In this document: positions 25,086-37,100 of the stretch, in pieces
How the letters are laid out: the number at the start of each line of letters is the position of its first letter
Numbering within the stretch: position 1 is the stretch's first letter
NCBI GenBank assembly: GCA_016748015.1
Contig: JAAOMT010000468.1
Location: forward strand, 372,001 to 436,000
Direction: 5' to 3'
Source: Geosiphon pyriformis uo1
Taxonomy: Eukaryota; Fungi; Glomeromycota
Length of the DNA: 64,000 bases
The notes under the pieces: generated by a model
What the model was told of the DNA's origin: nothing
Seen by the model: only the letters and a program-made list of their open reading frames with translations
Database searches by the model: none
Program-made: the position numbers and the translations under genes

Positions 25086-28000
25086 ATGGTTTACGGAGGT
25101 CGAGCATACAAAGATTTTTTTGACTACCTTAAAGCTAATTCTTTTCTTGGGCTTCCCAGTACAGTCATGTTAGTCGCACCTGAAGCAGATGCTATTTGTG
25201 CCTACAAAATGCTGGACGTGAGTCCTTGAACAAAAATTTGAGCTAACAGTTATTTAACAGTGATATCATAACTTGATATTTTAAATTCACCTCTGCAAAG
25301 ATCTTATTTCGCAGCGAAAATATATGTTACCAATGTCTTGCGGTCACTTGTGATCAAGACTTGGTAAAATGTGCAAAGGCTGTGGGTGCTGATGTAGGTA
25401 TTTTTCTGGTTTATCAACTTTTTATTTAAGCAAATTCATTTCTAGTTTCTCATCCAAATTGTATTGTTTTCCAGTCAATATATAAAACTATAATTTTGAT
25501 TAACTGTGGAGGAAGATCCAACCTTAACATAATATTTAATCTTCGTCGGAACCAACATTTAAAAATATATATAATTGATTCCCATAGACCCTACAAGTGT
25601 GATAATCTTTTCGGCTATGACCAAGTAATTTATGAGAATTATTTCATTAATATTTTTTTTATGTTCCGCCTGCCTAATTGTTTCGCTGTGCTCGTTTTCA
25701 TAAGATTACTATCCTTGATGACGAGCCGAATCAGCGCGCTTTGCGCCAACTAAGTGACGCATATTATATGGTTAAAGTGAGACCACTTAATATGATACTT
25801 TGTTTTAGTTAAATATTTTTGAATCGAGCTTCCTATGCTCAAACAATACTATGTTTTAAAGGTTCGTTCACATGAAAATGGTCCGATTAATGATGGTGAC
25901 GGACGGAAGTCCAAACGACAGAAAACAGAAGGGGAGCAGGTAGGACACTTGGGACTCATGGGTTCAGTAAAGTACCTGAAACTATTCAAATTCCATCGGT
26001 TTTAGGAGGTTGGGTTGAATATTCAGACAGATGAAGAAGAAACTCGAAAGCGAAAAGGAGATGCCAAAAAAATAACCGATGATTATGAAAAAAAACCAGC
26101 TTATTACAGCAAGTCGGTAGCCGGTGTGACTTATAGTCTTGCTGGGGAGATATCTAGGACTTTCAATGAAAGACATCCTAATGCTAAAAACCTACTTTGG
26201 TTTGTCCATTTTAATATTTTTCTGTTCAAAACTATATTCTGATATTGAAGTTCTGGTAAAAATATTCATTATGTTTTAGGTTGGCAATGGTTGGGCTTAC
26301 AAGTCAATTCATTAGCAATTTGATTGATCAAACACAATACGAGGAGCAGTGGAAGTTTTTTAATGAGCAACTTAAAGTTATAAAGCCAAGTAATGCGGAA
26401 ATAAAGCCGATGCACACAATCACCGCAACTAATGGAAGTGATACAGACATTCGAAGCATAATGGAATATCCTTTGAGTCTTTATAATCGCTGTTTAATAT
26501 CTCCCCCTGGAAAACATCTTTAACATCAAATTTAACTAAATTACGTATCGATTTATTCTACTTGGTCACTGGACGCTGTATGACAGCGCAAAAAACTCGG
26601 AATTAATGTTTTCTATAATGAAACTCTATACTGAGAGAGGAGAAGAAAAATGGAAAGAAAAACTGGCCGAGATGGGGTATATATCGTTTTTCTAAATGGA
26701 TGCTATATTAAACTGGGATTTCATGAAATCAATACCCGAGACTAATATAATCTTGCTCAATTCAATTCCAGAATACCATTAAAATCGTGTTCCCGGGATT
26801 TTATTGCGGTGCGTACCGAAGTGGGCCCTAGATTGAAGGGTAAACTTAAAGAGTTGATCGATGAACATTCCCGAAAAGATATCGAATTTCCTTCTTTTGC
26901 ACGGACATTTGGATTCAAGAAAACATTGACTGCAAGTGATATGGCATATACCTTGTCTGCGTTGTTAGAAACACCGAGGGAAAAGGCTGAGAGTCACGGA
27001 TGTCGGATAAACCCATTAGACGAAGATAGTGATCTAGACAACAAGTCATTGTGGAATTTTTATACTGCTTCCGATGCTCTTGACATGTCAAGGTATGATT
27101 TTCTTTTTGGCGATATCTTTACAATGTTAATTTTATAAACTTTAATATAAATAGGATAGATGAAATCGTAACCGGAATAGAATTATCGAAGAAGATTCAA
27201 GAAGATATTGCCTCGACGTGTAAGAGGCTGCTTAAAACTAGAAATGCCGTTTCAAAAATCCGGAATCAATTATTTTTTGTGGAATTGGATACCGGTCATG
27301 ACTGGCTTGCCCGTCCAAACATGTTACGTAAATTCTCCATGTTCATGGCAAGGGCCTATAAGGTGATTCTTACTCTTAACATTGCCTTCCAACGATGAAT
27401 TACACATGTTCCATTTCGATCCTATCAAATTTCAAGTATAACTTTCCCACACTCCATCCCATTAATGATTACAGAAACCCAAAGAACGCAACCTTCCCAT
27501 GATCGTGGCTGTCCCTTCAACAGAAACTTCGGAATATTTGATAGCGGGAGTGGTGGCAGGCCAATCAACAAAGTAAGTTGAATTTACTCCATCTTTGGGG
27601 CTCTCAATAGTTCGTCTCCCAAAAATTTGTGATAGGTAATAATGGAAGATTTAAGGCGTGACACAATATATACCGTTCATAACCGCAAACTCATGGGTGA
27701 AAAGTTTATTTTTGGCAGCTCATTCCCCAAACATTTCAATATGAAAATGTGTTTAGGGAATTCTTCTATCCATAAGTTTGGGGTTGTGATAGGTATACTA
27801 AGCTGTAATCTACCACCCAAGCGTAGCCTTTTAGGGCGAGGCATTTTTGGAAATTACAATCAATTTTATATTGGAAATTATTGGGGCGGCTGGTTGTTGT
27901 CAACGTATATTAATAAAAGTGAAATGACATTTTATTCAGCGACTTCACAGCTTTCTTTCGACTGTTATCAAGAGATCCTCTACTGAAAAACAAGGTTCGC

Positions 28001-28105
28001 TTTCCGACCTTTGACCAAGATATCTTAGTTTTATCACGCGAGGATTACCCAATTTTCAAAAGGGCGATGGAAGCCAGTTTGAGAACACAAAATCAATCTC
28101 CCTAA
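25086..28105 (+). CDS. CDC45: DNA replication initiation factor Cdc45 (divergent), many exons
   Basis: VAPEADAICAYKML, LINCGG, IIDSHRP, LLW/LAMVGLTSQ, GHWTLYDS, LAEMG, SFARTFGFKKTLTASDMAY, NFYTASDAL. Last exon 27940-28105 ends QNQSP*. Confidence 0.88.
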
Positions 28106-30930
28106 TGAATTCAAACTGACATTACCAAGTCATGATTGATGGTTTCCCTTTCTAAGGGACAATGAACATTTAATACTCTGAGTCATTCTACGAGACAGAT
28201 TGGATTATTTTTCTGAGAATTCGTGAGTGGGATTTTAACTTCTGGAGAGCCTCATTGTCGGTTCAAAGCCATATTGGAATAACCTGGAGCAATCTCTTTA
28301 GACTTTTATTAATCTGCGGCATGTAAGGTTTTACATGATGCAGCTCTTAATATGTTGTTCATAATGTAATATTACTTTTTAATCACCTTTCAAATATTGA
28401 GCATTTTTGGTAATTGCAAGTCCTCAAACCAAAGCAGCGAGTAGATATCGTCATTCAGGATTTGTAATCTGGAAGATGAAAATGATTATAATTTATCTGA
28501 TAAGGTTACTCGAGATTCATGATTGATCAGCCACCAATTCTGTAAATAAAAAAGTCGTATTTTTTGTTTTGCTTATATGGGGCGTGCAATTGTGGCTTTG
28601 GTTATTGAAAAGGCATTATCTTCATCTTTTTCGCTGGCTTCCTCCTCAGCACTCTGAATATCATCGCTGTTATCCCGGCTTCACTTTTACCTTTTCGCCG
28701 CGATGCCAATCACACAAGGTACAACCTTGTAAATAAATTCCTTTCAGTCGTGACACCATAATTGGTTACCCGTGACTCTATTCGAGATGAAGGAAGGAGA
28801 TTTTTAATTTTTTAATTTTCCAGACTTCTTTTTATTTCACATGTTCATATTGTTGCAGCCCACCATGGGATGTTGTGTGCAATAGCTGACACTTGAGGCA
28901 ATTATTCACTTTGATAAAAAAAAGTTTTCTATCTGCTGCATAATTGTGTTTGAATCATTTATCCTCATTAAAGAAATCAAATATTGTGGAAAACTTTTAA
29001 ATTATGTGTTCGAAATATGGATTCTATTAAAAGTTTGTTATGAAACATTGTCAAAGTCTTTTCAGAATAAAATTTCTCTTTAAAAAATGCGGAAAAAACT
29101 TTTTTGAATTCCAAAGTAAAAGAAGCATGATTCAATGAATTGAGGCCCAAAAAGTTTATCATGATGTATTAATTGGATCGACTTTTAATCAAGTTGAGAA
29201 AAATAGTCTTTGATTCTAGGTAAAATATTTCCAAGTAAAGTTGAGGAATATTTTAAAAGAATTAGTGGGCATGTTTTTTAAAAATACATTTCAAATAAAC
29301 TAAAATTGTGAAATGGGATTCGAACAAGCTTATAGAGATATGTTCAAATTGTGAAGGTATTATCAGTTTTATAAATCTAAAGTTCTTTTTGCGTGAATGA
29401 AATTTAACCTATTTTTTGTGAAGAAATAGTCAAAAAAAATAATAATAATAATTTACAATCATAATGAATTGAGTTTGGAAAATATTTACATTGAGATTAA
29501 TTCAAACCAACAGTTTTCTAACTTTTTTTCCTTTTAAAGAGTCATTCAGTTATTGGCTGAAAATTTCCTGTAGATCACTTTTAGACAACGTTACTCGTCA
29601 AAGATTGCTGCCATTGTTCTAGATTGATAGCGGACCCTGTCAAAGAGATAAAAAATAAAGAAATTAATTAAAAATTTTTTTTAGAAATTGCGTAGAAAAA
29701 TTAAAAAATTAGTTAATGAAAAACTTTTGATTTATTAAGCTCTTTACTTCTTTCCATAATCTTTTTATGATAATTGGTCATAAAAAAAAATTTGACTATA
29801 AGAATGTTCATTAAAGGTTGTATTAAAAAAATCTTTTTTTAATTTTCAAAGTAATTGGAATTTTTTGAGTCTAAATATTTCTAATAATATTTCTAATATT
29901 AATCAAGCCACCATTGGAAGAAGTAAATTTTTGAAATTAAAAAATGTTTAATTAAAAATCTTAAAAAGATATATATTAACCTCTTTTTATCGTGAATCAA
30001 AAAACAAAGAGAACCCTCTTTTAATATTCTCTTTTTAAAAGATTTTTTTAATAATAAAGATTTAAATTTCTTTTTTTTAATAATAAAAATGGGGTTTAAT
30101 AATAATCTTTTGATATGGTATGGTTAATATAAACCAATAATAGTTAAATAGGCCCAAAATTTAAATCATTATTTGAGTAAGCAAAACTATTCTGTTGATC
30201 GGGATTAATCATTTTTACCAAACCTCTTCTTTCTTTTTCTTTTTCTTTTTCTTTTTCTTTTTTTAAACGTTCCAACCTTTAATAAAAAAGTTGCTAAATT
30301 TTACATGATATACTCATATGATCAAAGTAGCGATTGTGTGAAAAAGACTAATTTCTTGCCATGAATAAATAAAAACAACTATAATTGATCTTGATAGTTT
30401 CAATAACTTTGACATTTATTATGACTATGATAACTTTAATGAACACAAATTAATTTATAAAATATTTCTCCAAAAAAATATATTTCAAGTTACAATAAAA
30501 AAAAGAAAATAATGGTTATTTAATTAATTAATTTATTTATTAATTATTTATTTATTTATTTCTGTTTTAATATAAGTTAAAGAATTTTCAATTTTACAAA
30601 GTTCAAGATTGGTTTGTGCAATTGTATTTCCCGCCTCCGCTGCTTTTGGGTAAAGTTCAATTGCTTGTTTTAAATCTTTCTTATCTTTCTTTTTTCCCCA
30701 CTCATATTGATGAAACCATCCAAGGTTGTTTCCCCATCCATATTGATAACACCATCCAAGGTTGTTTTGTCCATTTATATTTCCTGCATCTGATGCTCTT
30801 AAGTAACATCTAAATCCTTTTTCCATATTTTGCGTTGTCCCGCATCCATTTTGATAACACCATCCAAGATGGTTTTGTGCATTTATATTGCCCCCCTCTG
30901 CTGCTTTTGAGTAGAGTTAGAATGCTTTTT

Positions 30931-31361
30931 TCTCATTTTTCGTTATTACCAAACCATTTTGATAAAACCATCCAAGATTGCATTGTGCCATTGTATTTCC
31001 CCCCTCTGCTGCTTTTAAATAAAGTATAAATGCTTTTTTCTCATTTTTCGTTATTACCAAACCATTTTGATAAAACCATCCAAGATTGCATTGTGCCATT
31101 GTATTTCCCCCCTCTGCTGCTTTTAAATAAAGTATAAATGCTTTTTTCTCATTTTTCGTTATTACCAAACCATTTTGATAAAACCATCCAAGATTGCATT
31201 GTGCCATTGTATTTCCCCCCTCTGCTGCTTTTAAATAAAGTATAAATGCTTTTTTCTCATTTTTCGTTATTACCAAACCATTTTGATAAAACCATCCAAG
31301 ATTGCATTGTGCCATTGTATTTCCCCCCTCTGCTGCTTTTAAATAAAGTATAAATGCTTTT
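30931..31361. repeat. Four apparently identical 108-bp tandem units, each encoding one Sel1 repeat
   Basis: Units start near 30931, 31039, 31147 and 31255; the protein repeats KAFILYLKAAEGGNTMAQCNLGWFYQNGLVITKNEK. Confidence 0.92.
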
Positions 31362-32019
31362 TCCATACTTTTCGTTGTTCCCCATCCATTTTGATAACAC
31401 CGTCCAAGGTTGTTTTGTGCACCTGTATTTCCCGTCTCCGCTGCTTTTGAGTAGAGTTCGAATGCTTTTTTCACATTTTTCGTTGTTCCCGATCCATTTT
31501 GATAACACCATCCAAGATTGCATTGTGCAATTGTATTTCCCCCCTCTGTTGCTTTTGAGTAGAGTTCGAATGCTTTTTCCATATCTTTTGGTGTTCCCCA
31601 TCCATTTTGATAACACCTTCCAAGGTTGTTTTGTGCAATTATATTTCCCGCCTTCGCTGCTTCTGAGTAGAGTTTAAATGCATTTCCTCGATTTTGTGAA
31701 GTACAAATTCCCTTAAAGTAACAATGACCTAAAAAGAATTGTCCATTCGGATTTACTGCTTTCTGAAATGTTAAAAATGCTTTTCTTAAACTAGGAATAG
31801 TTCCAATCCCATGTTCTAAAGAAAAGCCGAGCAAAACATAGTCTATCGGACGCTTTGAATTTTTATTTTCCAAATCATTGAAGAAGTCTTTAGGGTTTTT
31901 CTGATTGTTCTCAAGATAATTTATCACCAATTTAGCAACTTTTGAATATTCGCTAGTTGGAAAAATAGTCAAATTTTTTTCGATTACACCCATTGCTCCT
32001 TCAAACAGCCAGTCGGGAG

Positions 32020-32170
32020 TTGATGTTGGCTTTTCAATTGATGTTGACTTTTCAATTGATGTTGACTTTTCAATTGATGTTGCCTTTTCAATTGCATTTG
32101 TTAAGTTTTCAATTGATGTTGACTTTTGAATTGATGTTGCCTTTTCAATTGCATTTGTTAAGTTTTCAAA
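32020..32170. repeat. 18-bp (TSIEKS) and 57-bp coding tandem repeats in the Sel1 gene N-terminus
   Basis: ttttcaattgatgttgac repeated; ENLTNAIEKATSI occurs twice. Confidence 0.85.
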
Positions 32171-32866
32171 AATTAAAGACATCATTTTGAAGCAATACAA
32201 GTGGACTATAAAACTTCAACTATTTTTTAAAGGTAATGAAGGATTTTTAAGTGTTCGTTCTGCTAATAAATAAAAGATTTCAATCTATAATCACATCCCG
32301 AAAAAGGCTAGGACTTAAACGCCAGAAAATAGATGTTTACTTTGTTCGCTTATTTAAATTGCTTAAACCGGATAGAGATCGTCTGGACTTTAAAAGGATA
32401 AGAAGGCTAACTGCGCTTGTCATTGTTCTTAAAAACTTGATACTCTTAATTAGGGATTGTGGATTTACAGCTCATTGCTAAATTTCTTTACCTGATTTTT
32501 TTCTAAATGCACAAGGTTGTGGGTTGCTGATCATTGCTAAATTTCTTTTTCGCGGAACAATTTAAATGTCATAATCTTGTTCTCTAACAAATAATTTTTA
32601 ATAAAATCAAGAATTAAAAAGAATCTAAATATATAAAATTGCAGAATTTAATTTATCCTTTTTTAATTAAACGAAAAATAAAAATAAAACTTTTTTTTGA
32701 CATTAAACATTTTAGCAATTATTAATTTAAAGATTCTATTTCAAGTACTATTGAAACAAAAATTTAAATTGTTATTTCAAAATTTTTATTAATTAATAAC
32801 AGAATTAATAATAATAATGATAATAATAATAATAATATATAAAAGATTATGTTTTAATATATAAAT

Positions 32867-33462
32867 GTAAACTAACAAGTCGAATTGGGTCAAGTCTTGG
32901 TCTGACTCAGATTCAACTTGGAAAATTTTCATTTTTAAGAAATCGAGTCAAGTTTAATAATTTATGACCCAACTTGACTCGTTATTTGTCATGTATAGAA
33001 ATTTTATTGGTAAAATTTTTATTCTTATTAATAAAATAGTACTAAACTTATTTTATTTTATATCTTAGCTATTAAAAACTTATTAATAAATAGGCTAAAC
33101 AAATAATAATTAAAATAATTACTTGCAAAGGCTATATTTAGCTTTTTTATTGCTAAGTTGCTTATAAAAATTCCAAATTCATGCTTTTTTCAGTTATAGT
33201 AACTATAGTATTTACTTTAATGTTATTATTAACCATATTATTTTTAAGAACAAATATTTTATTCTAATTATCTGTTATTTTTCAAGTTAAAAAAAGCTAA
33301 ATTAAGATTTAATCTACTTATATATAAGACTTGATAAGTTAAATTAAGTTATAAAATTTTGATTTATATTAATTTTAAGTCAGAATATTTATAACTTAAA
33401 CTTGATTTTTACAAGTCAAGTATTGAGTTAAAAAAAATTGACTTGACTTTTTTGAAGCTCTT
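32867..33462. mobile_element. Possible decayed MITE (hAT-like subterminal RAGTC/GACTY repeats)
   Basis: Clusters of aagtc/gagtc and gactt/gactc pentamers at both ends of an AT-rich ~600 bp segment; TIRs only imperfect. Confidence 0.35.
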
Positions 33463-34195
33463 ATAAACAATTTTTTATAATTATTGATTTAAGAAAAAAA
33501 AACTATTTAATTAATTTATTTTTTTATATCAAAAATTTTAAACTTAGTAAAAATTACAACTTTTTAAAGTTAAATTTAAAAAAAAAAATTACAAAAATTT
33601 AAATAAATAAAATTATTTTTATTAGTAAAATAAAATACAAATAAAAATTTTTAATTTGTAATTTAATGTAATTTAATATAAATTTAAATAGTTGGTTTTG
33701 TGTAAAAAATACATAAATAGTATTTAATATAAAATATGTATATATATATATATTAAATATTAATAAATATAATATTATGAAATGGTTTTTTTGGTTATTT
33801 TAATTGCTAATATTCTGTTTTAATTGCAATTAGTCTTTTATAAGTTTTTTAATCTTATTTGTGTAATAATGTTAATATTTATACTAAAAACTTTTTTTTA
33901 ATTTTAATTATTGTATATGTTTTTATATACTTCTTTCTAAAAACTAAATTAAAATTTATCTGCTGTTTAGAGTCTTCTTTAAAGCTATTTTTGCAATTGT
34001 TAATATGTTTTTCTAATTTAAAAACATAAAATATTAATGATTTTTAGCACTTTTTCTAATTTTTACAATAAAGTTTTTATCAATTAGAAACAATATAAAT
34101 AATTTTAATCAGAAAATTTTTTTTTTTCATGTTTTATGAATAAGGTCCAAACACTATCTAGAGCTATATATCAAAGAAATGACATAAACTAAGTG

Positions 34196-37100
34196 TGTTT
34201 AGTACATATAGTTGCGTAGTGTTGTCCTGATTGACCTGAATGGCTGGTCGCGTGTAGAAAAAGCATGATTCAGAATTACCAACACCAGAAAAAAAAAAAC
34301 ATTGTCTACGAATGCCAAGAGCTTTAGCCACATCAAGTAGTCTAATGACACCAGCCGAGAACCTAAAAGCCGAACCAGAAACCAAGATAGGAACTGAACC
34401 ATCAAGTGGGATGAGATTATTTTTTTCTATGAATGTACGATGCTTAATCCAAACCAACCAAATATTATTCCTAAAAGCAAAACTAAGGGAATGCACAAAC
34501 TCAACAATATTCAAATTAGCAATCTTGTGAGATTTGAAAACAGAGACAGTTTCGCAAAGCCATTCACTAAAAACAAACCCTTTAAAGAGAGCCGTAAATA
34601 CAGAGACATCAGAGGCACAAGAAAACAACAATTACAGCATGCAGGAAGAAAAGAGAGACAGGCCAGAAAGCATCTTCTAAGATTTCGAACATGTATCCAG
34701 TATCTGAAAACACATAGAGTCATCAACTTTGCAAGAGAAAGCATGATCTGATGTCTCTACCTTACCACAATATAAGCACAATATGCTGGGGTATCTTCTA
34801 TTATATAGGCGTTTACGAACAACAACAGGCAGCCAATGGTGTAATGCCTTCATGAAAAAACTGCGCGCATCTGCTGTGGACTTGCTAGTGTGGCCAGCGG
34901 CCATGTGTGAATCAGGATGCTATACCAGTGAGGAGCAAGACCAATCAACGTCCACGAACAAACTGGCAGACAAAAATTTGGAACCAGAACCAACCTCCCA
35001 ATGCACATGACTGATGGAACAAAAAATATCACGAACAAAATGCCTAGAATTGCCAGAAACAGCCCCACCATTTGCCAACAAGAAGCACACATGTAATTGA
35101 GAAGGAAGGAACCAGCCCGAGTGAGAAGAAGCCCCAGCTATAGCATTAGCACGTTCATTTCCAATCACACCAGAGTGACCTTTTACTTTGTGCCATTCAA
35201 TCATCAAATTTTTGCCATGAATAACATTTACAATATGCTGGCATTTGACCCAACAACAATTGTAAAAATCTGGACGCACCAGACCCAATTCCAACTTGCA
35301 AGCATCCAGAGCAGCTTGACTATCAGAAAACAGACAAACAAAACTAGAATGGAAGACACACTCCAGCACCAGTGCAATGACTTACATTCACCAAAGTAGA
35401 AGACAACAGACCTGAAACTTTAACACCCAAACCCAGATCAATGTTACTGAAAAAAACTCCAGCCCCAGCTGCACAATTTACAGTACCAAGGTTTATTAGA
35501 GACCCATCCATATAAACAGAAATACTACTAGAAAAAACTTGAAAAAGCCGATCACGAACCAATACGAAACCAGAAGAGGCAAGAATACTCTGAAGACCCA
35601 CATCAACCAAAGCAGGAAAAAAGGCACAAGGAGAAGACATACCAGACAGGAACTTGACAGAAAGCATAAACCACTCAGGAGTCAGGCCACGAGGGTCCAA
35701 CCTCTTCCACCACTTGAATTTATACCAGTCAAACGCGGCACCATGACAATCATGGAGTTGGTCAACAAAGGCAATACCATATCGCTGGAGTAAAGGAAGG
35801 AACCTGACAAATCTAGACTCACCGAGAATGGTAGACATAGGTATCTTACCACAAAGCCGAAATAGACTATCAAAAAAACCACTCAAAGATAAATTGCAAT
35901 TGAAAAGAACACAAACAACCTCCACTAAGAAGTTATTCAAAAGGCTGACTTGAACACGAACAAAAACACTCAAAAGATGAACAGGGTGCCAGCACAAAAC
36001 TTGTAAGTCATGAAACCTGTGGGAGAATAGGTGACCCAGAATTCTCACTGAGTTCGCAAAACAAATAAGGGAAGCGACTTTACTCTCCGATTGAATCTGG
36101 GCAAAAGATTTCAACCCATAGAATGAAGGGTGATGGATCGTGTCACTAGGAAAATCAAGAGATAATCCAGACTTAGATTTCAAGCTCCTGCGAATCAAAG
36201 CATCCCACTTATTACACACACTGACAGGAACAAAACTAAACTGAGTCCTATAACCAATGATAGAGTGGAAGACAGCTGACACCAAATATAGAAATTGTTT
36301 GTCTGATACGGCTTTTCTTAGAACCAAGTTGAAAAAAAAACGAACATCTGAATGTGCCTTTGCCAGACTGGGCTTTAACAGTCCTTCAGATGACATGAAA
36401 ATACCCAGATAACAATGTGATTCGCCTGATTTAGCAATTGAAATAGGGGACCCACTGATGAAAAGAGAAGGTGCACTGGCACGGCTATTAATTGGAATGA
36501 CCACTGTCTTATCATTATTAATAGAAATATCATTGATGTGGAAAAATTCACTAGTCACATCAAGAATGTGTTGAGTGGCAGTCTGACTGCTATCCACCCA
36601 GATTGTATCGTCCACAAAAGCGCCAGCAGCAAAAAAAGATGACAAACCAGCCTGAGATTCCACATGGCCCATCTTAGCAACGAAATGAGAGTTCAATCTG
36701 TAACCACACACACTTTCCTGCCTCTTAACTTTGCACAAGAGAGGATTGTAAAATATATGCCAAAAAAGAGGTGAAAACACCTCCTCTTGGTTCAAGCCAT
36801 CGTGTACATGATAACCATTCATTAACCCAAAATCAGTCATAACTCAGTTGGTGTGACTATCATGAATATTCCCAAAAAACCTAATAAACCTGCAGCACAT
36901 TTTTATTCTAACCAAACTTTTCTTAAGATGATCCCAACCAACTGAGTCATATGCTTTCCACATGTCTTGTAAAACCAGCCAGAGCTCCCAGTTTTTTTCA
37001 AGAGCATTCTCAATTACCGAACCAATTGCAAAAATGGGAGACTGAATTGTAGTGCCTTTGAGAACTGAAAAATTGTCCCCACAAAGAACGTCAAACTTGC

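Larger units (their letters stand above)
30548..32185 (-). pseudogene. Intronless Sel1-like repeat protein with one in-frame nonsense codon (GAA->TAA at 30917-30919)
   Basis: ORF 30917-32200 and ORF 30548-30826 are in the same frame. About 10 Sel1 repeats (AQNNLGRCYQNGWGT..KAFELY.KAAE.GN). Confidence 0.85.

Noticed and set aside
27642-27986. 114-aa ORF as a separate gene
   Set aside because: Lies within the last intron and last exon of CDC45 in another frame; no recognisable motif.
30931-31361. CRISPR-like array
   Set aside because: Contiguous 108-bp coding repeats with no unique spacers, in eukaryotic DNA.
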